Translations under genes and position numbers: made by a program
Notes under the pieces: model-generated
What the model was told of the DNA's origin: nothing
The model's input: the letters and a program-made list of their open reading frames with translations, nothing else
The model's database searches: none
Part shown: piece by piece, positions 24,372 through 64,000 of the stretch
How positions within the stretch are numbered: the stretch's first letter is position 1
Layout of the letters: every line of letters begins with the position of its first letter
Assembly: GCF_036971445.1 (NCBI RefSeq)
Contig: NC_091476.1
Location: forward strand, 155,992,001 to 156,056,000
Source: Narcine bancroftii
Taxonomy: Eukaryota
Direction of reading: 5' to 3'
Length of the DNA: 64,000 nt

Positions 24372-26152
24372 ATTGACGGCATTGCCATTGATTGGCAGAC
24401 AGTACCCTCTATCTGAAGTGTTGGACTGATCACCTGTCTGCAAAGCCTTATTTCATCTTTTTGGCTTGCTGTATTTCTACTGTAATGTGTAAATAAGTTT
24501 CATTGGGGTTTTCTATTAAAATTGGATGTAACGTTTCAACTTTTTACATAAACTGATTTAATAGACCAGGCAGGTTGATGTTCATTATATGTACATTGTT
24601 ACACTTGACTAACTATTTAAATGGATTCTTATCTCTTTTGGTGGGTTGCCGGGGGGTTAGGAGAGAAATGTGGTGCAAACCTGTATAATGTAATTTTGAC
24701 ATCCCTGCATGTATCTGAACAATTCCAAAGAATGTGATCTGTTCTATATATGACAAGTAAAATCATGGTGATTTTGCCATTAACTGGGATTGAGCATTTG
24801 GAACTTTGGATAGATGACACAATTTGGTGAAGATGGAGATTGTGAAAGTGTCTTTCAGAGAGCTGAGGTGGTTCAGTAATATTGGTTCTTTTTTTCTTAC
24901 TGAAGCTATATTCTAGAGGCTCCTCCCTCCTTTGGAACACAAAAAAAACATGTCAAATTATTGTTTTGTACCTGATATGCAAGTAATTTAAATCAATGAA
25001 TCGATCAACTATTATGGATACTGACCACAGAATTTGATTTGTGATGTTAAGTCATTGAATTTTGTGGTATATTTGTCATAAACTAGCACTAACGTTCATA
25101 ACTTTGGAAAACTTTTTTGATTTTGAGAAATGAGACTGGCGTTGGGTTAGCATGTGGCCTTGGTTCAGCAAAAATTTCAAAAACGTTTTTTGTACTAGTT
25201 TAAATTAAAGAAAAGAATTCATGTGCATAAATTCTTTCCTACAAACTCCTAGATGATTAAAACCTAATTTCTACAGAAGGTCATGCAGGATAGCTTTAGT
25301 GTTTGAAACTTTCCTATTTATGATATTGGAGACCATCATTGGGCCCCTTTTCTTCAACTTGTTTCTTCCCATCAATTCCCCTTGGATTTTTTTTTTGTTG
25401 CTTGCAGGTAGAGGCAATTTGCAAAAGCATACCTTTTGGGATTAAAAATGGAACAACTGTGCAGACCCGCATTTGAGGGTGAGAACATGCACATTTATAG
25501 TATGTAGCAACATTGTGATTGAAATTTGGTTTTCAGAATTGAAGTATGTCTTATCCCATTAGATGTTATCTGCAGCTTTTGTGGAATGCAAAGATGACAT
25601 TTTTTATCCTTTTACTTGGTACTGGCCAATTTAAATGCTATAATGTCTCATTTTAAGGTTAATAAGAGATTTGGGTCTTTATTTAACATTCAACAAAATT
25701 CAGTTAATATGAACTGTATGAGGCAGGGTCATACTTCACAAAGAAATTTAGAAACGGGCCTTTTGGTTCCAGCTTGGTTTTAAATTGTTGAATAATTGTA
25801 ATAATGTGTAAAGCTAATAATCAGTAACACAACTAGATTGTGATGTTCATTTATTTTCATGGGGTCTTGATGGAATTGAGATTGATGTTGATGGTATTGA
25901 GTAAAGAGGCTTTCTTCTAAAGGGAGAGAATTCTAGATCTTCCAATAACTTAATTGAATGCAGACTTCTCAACAATCCTGTCATTTTCACAAATGTGTTT
26001 TCTGAAATAATTTACTTGGATTGAAATTTTCTATTTCTTTTAATTGCACATCACCTAAAACCAGATGTATTAATAACATTCAATGCTTCCTGGTTGGGGG
26101 GGGGGGGGTGGGGGGGTGGGGGGTGGAAATGTGAGCTGCAACTATTCCCCTT

Positions 26153-26158
26153 AATAAA
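26153..26158 (+). terminator. Candidate PDIA6 polyadenylation signal AATAAA
   Basis: Canonical hexamer ~1.8 kb after the stop codon, at the end of a largely repeat-free stretch and followed by T-rich sequence. A more proximal ATTAAA lies near 24515. Confidence 0.4.
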
Positions 26159-26989
26159 GTGATTATTTTCTTGAGCCAGACCACTTTCTTTGAATATTTT
26201 TTAAAAATACATTTCACAATTTACTATTATTTTCCACACCAAGTTAGATGCCCATGACTTCATTTCTGGGTAACTTGTATAGTATAAAACTGGCATCCTA
26301 ATCGAGCAATATTGAGGAAACTTGACAAGACTATGAAACTTGTGCTTTAATCCAAGTAGTAAAATCACTGATTTTTGGAATTAACAATTGAAGATGTATG
26401 AAATGGGAACTTGTTTAATTATGCTGCAGTTTTTGACCAGGCATTTTAACTTGGATTTAAAACCCAGCCATTGACATTTTTGCTTTGAGAGCAGTAAAGG
26501 TATATAAGCTCTTACAGAAATTCTTTTTTCAATTTTTTTCCCTCAGTAGTTAAGAATTTTCTGCATTTTACACATTTAATTCAGCCAATCTAGAAGTATT
26601 GAGGGTGGGAAAGAATCATTTCCTGACCTGCATCAGGACATAAGCATGAAAGGGGAAAAAAAAACCAGTATAAAGGGTGGTGAATTAAAAGGTTTTGGGA
26701 AATAGTGATTAAGTGGAGTTCAGTCCACACCCAGAAAAGCTATGAATAGCAGAGCTAGCTCAACAGGCCAGATGGCTGACTCCTGCTCACCTTTGTGTTC
26801 CAAGTTCTTCCAGCAGCTTGCTTTTTACATCACCCATCCTTTTGATCCCTGCGCTCAGGCTTTTCAAAATTAAGGATTTGCACTGGACTGGGTTTCTATA
26901 TCACTCCAAATTTGAAATGATTGGAAACTACCATCCAAATTTTCAAGTAATAATGGCAGTCAAAAATTTTGGTGGCAGCAGATACCATT

Positions 26990-27937
26990 CTCACTGCCTC
27001 CACATAAAGCCCTGGAACATCTGGATGCTCTTTATCAACTGCATTTTAGTATTCAATGCCTTCATCCCCTCAAAACTCATCAGCAAACTCCCAAGACCTG
27101 GTTCTCAATACCTCACTCTAATTAGATCCTGGATTTCCTCACCTCCAGACCACAAACATCTCCACAATTTCCATCAGTACCTGGATTTCCTCACCTCCAG
27201 ACCACAAACATCTCCACAATTTCCATCAGTACTGAAAGGCCAAAGGGCTGCGTTCTTAGCCTGCTGCTCTACCCACTTCACACTTGGGTTTTGTGGCTTG
27301 GTACAACGTCATCTACAAATTTGCTGATGATTCCATGGTAATGGGTCATTAAAAATGGGGTGGAGTTGGCAGGCAGAAGGGTGACTGAAAACTTGGCTGA
27401 ATAAATGTATTAATAATATCCTAGCACTCAATGTCACCAATATCAGGAGGGGATAACCAGAGGTGTACTATCCAATAATTGGAGGAGGAGAGAGCAAATT
27501 TAAATTCTCGAGAGTCACTATTTTGGAAGACGTCATTGTGAAGAAGGCATGTCAGCACTTCTATTTTCTCACCTCCAGATTGTGGAGGTTGGGAATGTCA
27601 ATGAAAACCTTCACAAACCTGTTGTGGAAAGTGTGATGACTGAATGCAAAATGGCCTGGTGTGGGCGTACCAATTCTGAGCAGAAAGCCCTGCAAAAGTT
27701 GGATACAGCCTAGCACGTCACAGGCAAAATTCACCCCATTGAAAAAATCTACAAGGAACACTGCCATTGGAGAGCAGCAGCAATCCACACGACCCAGGAT
27801 ATGCTCTGTTCTCACTGCTGTCATCAGGAAAGTGGTAGAGATGCCATCAGACTTTGTATCACCAGGTTCAGGTACAGTTGCTATCCCTCCACCATCAGAT
27901 TCCTAAACAACAAACCGACTCATTTAAGGCCTCTTAC
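26990..27937 (+). mobile_element. Rex1/Babar-like LINE fragment
   Basis: MLFINC..VFNAFIPSKLISKL, QGCVLS, IYKFADD remnants. Confidence 0.75.
27128..27232. repeat. Perfect 52-bp tandem duplication inside the LINE
   Basis: ctggatttcctcacctccagaccacaaacatctccacaatttccatcagtac occurs twice. Confidence 0.9.
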
Positions 27938-28583
27938 TGTTGTGTTCAGAATAGGTTTGACAGGTTCAAAGAAAATCAATGTTGGATGTATTATCAACAT
28001 ACTGGTTTTTATGCATAGGGGAATTCACAAAAGGGCACCCCCCCCCCCCCCCCCACAGAGACTGACCCAGAATAATACACAAGTAACTGCACATTGTTAA
28101 GCAGCAAATTTTTTGCATCTATTCTCAGCTCCCTATTGGAAATGCAAGAGTTAAACACACAATGCCCATCCACCCACAGGCACAGCACACTAATGAACAG
28201 TAAATTAATTACAACTAACAAGTATATCAAATGAACCTGATTTCCAGCATCAACCTCGGCTGGGGATCTGGGACAGGCCCATTGCAGCCAGCTGTCTGGT
28301 GCCCATCTATGGCCGGGAACCTGGAGTTCAGGATGGTCTTGAGGCAGCAGTAGAAGAGCAGAGAGAGCAAGATTCCATGTGCTAGGCTTTTTCAATTCAG
28401 GGCCCTTCCATGTGACCTGAGAGGACCAAATGAACGTCAGCCTCACAGTTAGGCAGATTTAATCCTCGATTGGCTGGTGAGGTATCTTCCAATGAGGTTT
28501 CAGCCAGAGAGGCCACATGACCCTCCACAATCCAGGTTCCGACCAGATGGAGAGGCACATGACCCTCCACAACCCACACTACA
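27938..28583. mobile_element. Possible solo LTR inserted in the LINE 3' UTR
   Basis: TGTTGTG...CACTACA inverted termini interrupt ctcttac|tttgcac; no clean TSD. Confidence 0.35.
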
Positions 28584-29159
28584 CTTTGCACATTATTTAT
28601 TATTGAATATTCATTTTCTGCATTTCAGTTTGTTTGCACTGCCTTGTTTACATTTTTTAATTTAGACACAGCACAGTAACAGGTCTTTTCGCCCCACGAG
28701 TCCGTGCCACCCAATTTACACTCATTAATTTATACCCAGGTATCTTTTTAACGTTTCTCTTTTTTGTATACACATCTTTTCTTGAGTAGTTTTTTTTGTG
28801 AAGGTGGCATGGCTTGGGTGGTGATGGTCCTTGATGAAGAGGCTGCTTGATACTATCCATTATTTTGCTCTCTGTTTTATTCAACTCTTTATATTTATCA
28901 CATTTATAACATTACTCGTGCCTCAATTCAGTATAGGATTTGACCATAAGGGATAATTATCTTGAAGGACTAGATATTTTCTTGTTTAACTTAGTTCATC
29001 AAAACTTTTGAGACTAACTCACCTCCCTCAGCTGGACCTTGCCACAGAAATGAATGCAATATCTGAACCTATTACCAGGACTAATCTGGAAGACCAATAA
29101 GAGGTTTAGTGTGTCACTGCTATGCTCTATTTCACAGTCGCAACAATTGTTAAAATTTT

Positions 29160-29500
29160 AGAATCAGAATTTATTGTCGAGAACATGTCACAAAATTCAT
29201 TGTTTTGTGGCTGAATTGCAGGTTCAAATATTTCTACAAAATTATATTTTAAAAATAAATAAATTTGTGGAAAAGAAAAGAAAGTGAGGTAGTGAATGTG
29301 GTTCATTGTCCATTCAGAAATCTGATAACAGACAGGAAGAATCTGCCATTGTGTTGTTGGCTGTTCATCTCCTGTACCTCCTCCCCGATTGTAGCAGTGT
29401 GAAGAGGGCATAGTCTGGGTGGTGATAGTCCTTGTGTAGAGGCTGCTTTCTTAAGACATGACCTCTTGTTCATGTCCTTGATGGAGTGAAGACTGATGCC
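29160..29500 (-). mobile_element. Rex1/Babar-like LINE 3' end
   Basis: Similar to the copies at 5120 and 13862 (cagaatttattgtc..., cattcagaaatctgat, gaggctgctttcttaagac). Confidence 0.6.
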
Positions 29501-29724
29501 CAAATCTCTTAGGAAGTTGAGAAATTTGCTCACAAATGTTTCAATGTAAAATTCTAAAAAGGTTGCACTTCTCTATTTTAAGTGCTCAAAGAAATTTCTA
29601 AATTGGAATATTGTAGTATTTGGTAGTTATTGAATTTTATCAGCAAAATAACACAAAAGCTTTTGAATGTGGTGCCTGTGAGGATCTATGATTCTATCTA
29701 CCACTATCAAAGAAATCCTCTTGA

Positions 29725-29945
29725 ATTTAAATTTAAATTTAGACATACAGCATGGTAAAAGGCCATTTCAGCCCACAAGTCTGTGCTGTCCAATTTACAC
29801 CCAGTTAACCTACACTCCCCTAACTTTTCAAATGCTGGGAGGAAAGTGGAGCCCCCACGGGAAACCCACTTCTTAGAGACAGCGTGGGATTCAAGCCCCA
29901 GTTTCAATCGCTGGCGCTGTAAAGGCGTTGCACTAACTATGACGA
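29725..29945 (-). mobile_element. tRNA-derived SINE (HE1/V-SINE-like); related pieces at 28660-28750, 36600-36800 and 58950-59080
   Basis: Minus strand tagttagtgcaacgcctttacagcgccagcgatt...ggggcttgaatccc (A/B-box-like head); CR1-like tail; (aaattt)n end. Confidence 0.65.
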
Positions 29946-30239
29946 TAAGTGAAACACTTATCCTGACTAAACGTATTTCTCTCTTGTATGCTACCTCACC
30001 CACTTAGTTTTTCCAACATTTCCATGTTCTAATATCCTAAGTGTAATGTGTTTCATACACCTGGGAAGATGTAGGAAGTACAGGTTTCATTTGCACTTGA
30101 ACATTACAGTACATGACTCTTTCCCTGTTGTGGCGAAGGGTCACAGCACCTCAACATTGACACTTTCTAGACTTTACATGCGCTTGCTTGCTTGTTTTTC
30201 AGCAACTGAACTATCTTTTGTGTTTTTCTTAAAAAAACC

Positions 30240-30670
30240 CCCACAAAATACTAGAGAAACTCAGCAAGTCAAACAGTGTAAGATGAAGATGCCTAATTGG
30301 TCCGGGCACCTGCCTACATTTTGCTCACACCTTGATGAAGGGCTCAAGCTCAAAATGTTGGTTAGGTTTCTTTACCTGTGCTATATAAAGTACCCTGTTT
30401 GACCTGCTGAGTTTCTCCAGCCTTGTGTTTTACTTCTTCCCCAGAGTGTAGTTTTATTTGATACAGAGAGACAAAATTTGGTGGAAGAAGGAAATTATAC
30501 TCCAAAGTTATGAGCGAAATTATACCCAAAAGTTCAGGCACCTGGGGATATTTTGCTCATGTCTTAATGAGGGGCTCAAGCCCGAAACGTTGGTGATCTA
30601 TCTTCATCTGATGGACCAGCTGAGTTTCTCCGGCATCGTCTCTTTTTAACTTCAACCACCGTACCTCCAC
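30240..30670 (+). repeat. Two Penelope-derived terminal repeats just upstream of the PABPC4 promoter
   Basis: ttgatgaagggctcaag...gacctgctgagtttctccagc occurs twice (30331 and 30563). Confidence 0.65.
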
Positions 30671-30734
30671 ACTCTCCCGCTTCACCTCAAACCATGCTGA
30701 CTCGAGGCGCTCAACACCCGCACGGCCCGTGGGT

Positions 30735-30800
30735 TTCCATTGGCTCGTTTCCGTCGCGTCCGCCGGAAGTGACGCAGAGGAGAGGGTCCCGTATATAAAG
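30735..30800 (+). promoter_or_regulatory. PABPC4 core promoter: inverted CCAAT (30739-30743), ETS/CRE composite CCGGAAGTGACGCA (30763-30776), TATA box TATATAAA (30792-30799)
   Basis: Motifs read directly in a CpG island ~420 bp upstream of the ATG. A pyrimidine-rich putative start (ctccgtctcc) lies about 30 nt after the TATA box. Confidence 0.75.
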
Positions 30801-30961
30801 TCCGCTGCCTGCGTCGCTCGGTCTCCGTCTCCTGGTCACGGTCCGGGCAGCGCGAGTGTGTGTGTGTGTGTGGGGGTGGGTGGTTGGTTGGTGGGGTGGG
30901 GGGGGGAAAAGCTGAAGCAGCGCACACTCAACTTGGAAAAAGCGAAGAAAATGTTTTTTAA

Positions 30962-60126
<29,165 letters not shown>

Positions 60127-61850
60127 TGAAGAAGCAATTTATCTTTTGGTCCAACATGGGCATAGATCTAAGCTGCTTTTCTGACATACACTTAAAATAA
60201 TAGTTTGTAGAAAACGGTTTTAGTCAACAAAATATATTACTTATACACAGAAAATAGGTTACCCAAATTCTTAAAAAAAGAGAAAATTTTAATTAATTTG
60301 TTTTATTTTTAACTTTTTTATTTACTATATTTAACAGATGTTGAACTAAGAAACCAGTTTACAAAGTGAGCATTTATTAATTAAAACTGCTAATCGAACC
60401 ATACAACAAACATTACAACACTGAAAACTGGCCCTTCTGCCTTCTAGTGCCGAACTATTCTTTCCATTCCTACTGACCTGCACCCATTCCATATCCCTCC
60501 ATACCTGTCCCATCCATGTAGCTGTCCAAGTTTTATTTTAATGAGCGTCATTTGTATTAATGGAATTAAACAGCTGAAATCAAATCAGGCAATCTGAACT
60601 TTGTGCACATTTATACCTTCAACTTGGATATCTGATGCTGATTCAAGGGGGTAGAAGACAGCTCAAACAGGGTTGATTGAAAATTGGACCAGTTTCAAGG
60701 CTTTAAAATTAATTTGAAATGGATTTCTATTGAAAATTATCTGAAATATCAGCATTCAATGTGATAATACTCTGCTCCAGAAACAGTCTGATACTTTTTT
60801 TACATTTTCACAGTGATTTTATTTTTTTAACTTTATTTCATTATTTTTACTAAAATCTATACTTTTTTTTACAAAATATCATTATTGCTACTGATTCAAT
60901 ATTTTGTTTTTATAATGATCATTGATAAGACGAGAGGCTACAAATGCATTTTTCCAAGGTCATATTATGTGGATATTAAAATAAAAATGGTCTGGATTAT
61001 TTAATGCACACTAAATATTTTTTTTGCATTCCCCACCCCACCCCTAAATCCTTCTCTGCACTGAAAATTCATTTTCTTTAAAATAGAGAATTCACAAACT
61101 TGCATGCAAGAATGGCTAATATTAGAATTTTATGGTTGTTGCATTGGACTAGGTACATAGCTTTCAGAACAAAAGTTAAAAGTTTACAGACATTTTAGAT
61201 GGAAGTGTGAAATTTTGACCTTTTTCATAAAACATGAATAGTTCATCCTTTTTTATGTGACTGTTTGCTTACAGATGCTAAATTCTAATTTTGTAAAATG
61301 TGAATTAATGTTTAAAAAAAACAGCTGAGCCATATTTGAAAGTTTTTGGCTTTCCCTCTTGTTGATGAGCCTTTATCAGATGTCTTTGGAAATTCATATG
61401 TCCCTCATCAATGCTAATTCCACTTTGTTACTTCAGAATACTCTGAAGTTTCTTTAAACATGTTTTGCCCTCTACAAGATTGTTTAATCATTCACCACAT
61501 GTTCAAGTGACTGCTTATTCTGTCCCTGATATTACTTCTTGAGCCTTCCACCTATCAAGATCTCATTGATCTAACTGGCTGATGGTTACTAGGTTTATCA
61601 CCACACCATTTTTATTTCATAAACAAAGGTGTCCAGTCATTTGGTACCACCGGGAAGATTGTTGCCAGGATCTTTATGGCTCAGCCACCTGGGAGTTTAG
61701 AGTACTTCCTTTATCAATTTGTAGCCCATCCAGAACAGTAAGTTATTCATTAAAGATTGATTCCTTTTACAACTTGTAGCATATTTTTAAAGTCAACAGA
61801 GGTGATCGAGATTAGTGACTTTCTCTAGAGAAAGTGCAAGTAGAATAATT

Positions 61851-62119
61851 TGTGGCAGCGCACATCCTCATGGTGAACCGGCCCCCCTTGTATCGCCACG
61901 TGGCGGGGCAGCCATGGGGCAATAGCATTGTCAGAGGTTTCTCTCTGACTCCAGCATCCCTTCCAGAGCGCGCCCTGGACAGCGATTATAACGTCACAAT
62001 GCACCAGGTGACTGAGCTCATGCTGCCCTTAAAGGGGCATGCTGAATTTGAATAAAAACAGTCATTAACGACCATCAGTGTGGTAGCAGTGATTTCCTTC
62101 TGCTCCTGTAATTGCCACA
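61851..62119 (+). repeat. 5' LTR of Gypsy element (269 bp)
   Basis: TGTGGCA...TGCCACA inverted termini; AATAAA near 62051; immediately followed by PBS TGGTGACCCC (62121-62130), complementary to the tRNA-Trp 3' end. Confidence 0.88.
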
Positions 62120-64000
62120 GTGGTGACCCCAACCGGCCCAGACGTCTATCTGGACCCAGCGAACTCTCAAACTCTTCCCCCCCCCCTTCTGGCCCCATCG
62201 CCCATGGACGTGTTTCGGGCAGGCGGTAGCACAATTCCACCTCTGCAACATCTCAACCAACGCCACAAAATTTTACCACGTCTTGGGCGCTTGACCAGGA
62301 TACGGTGGCGAGGGTAGACAAAATCATTCTCCGGCTACTAGCAGTGGGCAAGTATACCTCCCTCAAAAATCTACACCTTGGGAAATTTGGCCTCACTCCC
62401 CAGCAGCGTGCTTCCAGGCTCTTGCATCTGGATAGATAGGGGGATCGCAGCCCCTCAGCCCTCGTGGACGAAATGCTGGCCCTGGCGGAGAATCATGACC
62501 CGTTTTTCCTCTTCTGCCAAATATTCTTTGAACAGATGCCAAAAAATATCCGGCTCCATGTCCGAAGAGGACTTTTCCGACCCGCTCAAGCCGCAGCCTG
62601 GGCAGATGCCCTCTGGCATGCAAAACAGGAGAACGAGGCAGCCCTCAGCCAAGTCTCCAAGCTGGGGTCCATGCCGTCCGCTGGATAACCCCAAGTACAA
62701 GCCGGAGGAAACCCAGTGAACATGGTGCTTTTATCACCAGCACTGGGGAGTTAAAGCCCGCAAGTGCCATCAGCCCTGCGACTTCCAGGGGAACGGCCAG
62801 CCCAACCGCCATTGATGGCTGCCACGGTTAGCCACATGAACAGCCTCCTTTACATCACTGACAAGTCCACGGGCCGCCGGTTCCTGGTGGACTTGGGCCG
62901 AGCTGAATGCCCTTCCCCCTACAATGCTGGAAACTCGAACCTGGACCCCTGGTCCAATCCTGCGGGCTGCCAATGGTTCTGCAATCAAGACCTATGGCAC
63001 CCGTAGGTCACAGATACAGATCAGGAATGAAAAGTTCACTTGGAGGTTCGTCCTGGTCTTGGTGGGCACCGCGCTGTTGGGTGCTGACTTCCTAAGGGCT
63101 CATAGTCTGCTGGTGGACGTGAGGGGCAGGAGGCTGCTCAATGCCCACACCTTTCACTCGGTGTGCCTGGGCACGGCGGATGACGACAGTCCCAAAATTG
63201 CCACGATAGCCACTGCCACAGACGAGTTCGCCGAGATCCTCGGTGAGTTCCCTGCCATCCTGGAGCCATGTTTCGATGTCGCCTCCCCCCGCCATGAAGT
63301 TTTCCATCACATCTCCACAAAAGGCCCCCCACTGCACGCCAGAGCTAGATGGCTACCACCGGAGAAGCTCAAACAGGCAAAGGAGGAATTCTCCAGGTTC
63401 CAGGAGTTGGACATCGTTTGGCGGTCGGACAGCGTTTGGGCGACGCCACTGCACATGATCCTGAAGTCATCAGGGGGTTGGAGGCCCTGCGGAGACTACA
63501 GATGGCTAAATGACGTCACGTCTCCAGACAGGTAACCGGTCCCCCATATCCAGGACTTCGCGGCCAACCTCCACGGCGCATGGTTCTTTTTAAAAGTCGA
63601 TCTGGTGCGCGGATACCACCAGATCCCGGTCTACCCCGATGACATTGGAAAGACCGCCATTATCAACCCTTTTGGCTTGTTCGAATTCCTCTGGATGCCA
63701 TTCGGGTTGAAAAATGCGGCCCAGACGTTCCAGCGCCTCATGGACGCAGTGGGTAGGGATTTGGACTTTATCTATCTAGATGACATCCTGGTAGCCAGCC
63801 GCAGCCACTAAGAGCACAAAGTCCATCTCTGTACCCTGTTCACCCGGCTGGCAGAATTTGGCCTCGCGGTTAACAAGGCTAAATGCCAGTTTGGGAAGCA
63901 GATATTGCAGTTCCTGGGGCACACCATCTCAGCGTCTGGGGCAGCTCCGGCACCGGAGTCCAGCCGTCCAGCATTTTCCCAAACCCTCCTCACTCAAGGG
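61851..64000 (+). mobile_element. Ty3/Gypsy LTR retrotransposon, CsRn1-like, degenerate, truncated by the window edge
   Basis: gag with WCFYHQHWGVKARKCHQPC (CX2HX9CX3C); protease remnant RRFLVD..; RT motifs WRPCGDYRWLN, DLVRGYHQIP, MPFGLKNAAQTFQR and YLDD; contains stops and frameshifts. Confidence 0.92.

Noticed and set aside
27128-27232. CRISPR-like or functional repeat array (also 13635-13684, 28505-28572, 57140-57178)
   Set aside because: Simple two-copy local duplications in eukaryotic DNA, with no spacer array or cas genes.

Overview
AT-rich, repeat-dense vertebrate genomic DNA. The repeat complement (Penelope-derived short repeats, Rex1/Babar, CR1, fish-type L1) suggests a cartilaginous fish; this is inference. 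Three spliced genes can be built by hand, mostly invisible in the ORF track: (1) the first coding exon of AK2 on the minus strand at the left edge; (2) a complete 13-exon PDIA6-type protein disulfide isomerase gene (+, 3952-24371, 447 aa, two WCGHC sites, C-terminal KDEL) with a perfect ERSE in its promoter; (3) exons 1-5 of PABPC4 (+, from 31217, running off the right edge). The rest is transposon-derived, including a multi-level nested stack in PABPC4 intron 1 and a CsRn1-type Gypsy element at the right edge. Most notable observations: two neighbouring SINE-like elements share one body but carry different Pol III heads (5S rRNA vs tRNA-Thr); the PDIA6 gene sits between AK2 and PABPC4 and may be a genome-duplication paralogue lost in mammals; Penelope-derived repeats carry hammerhead-ribozyme-like cores; an unidentified retroposed RNA is flanked by a 12-bp TSD; a young RTE resembles AviRTE. 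No database searches were run; family names are from motif recognition and repeat boundaries without a stated TSD or TIR are approximate.
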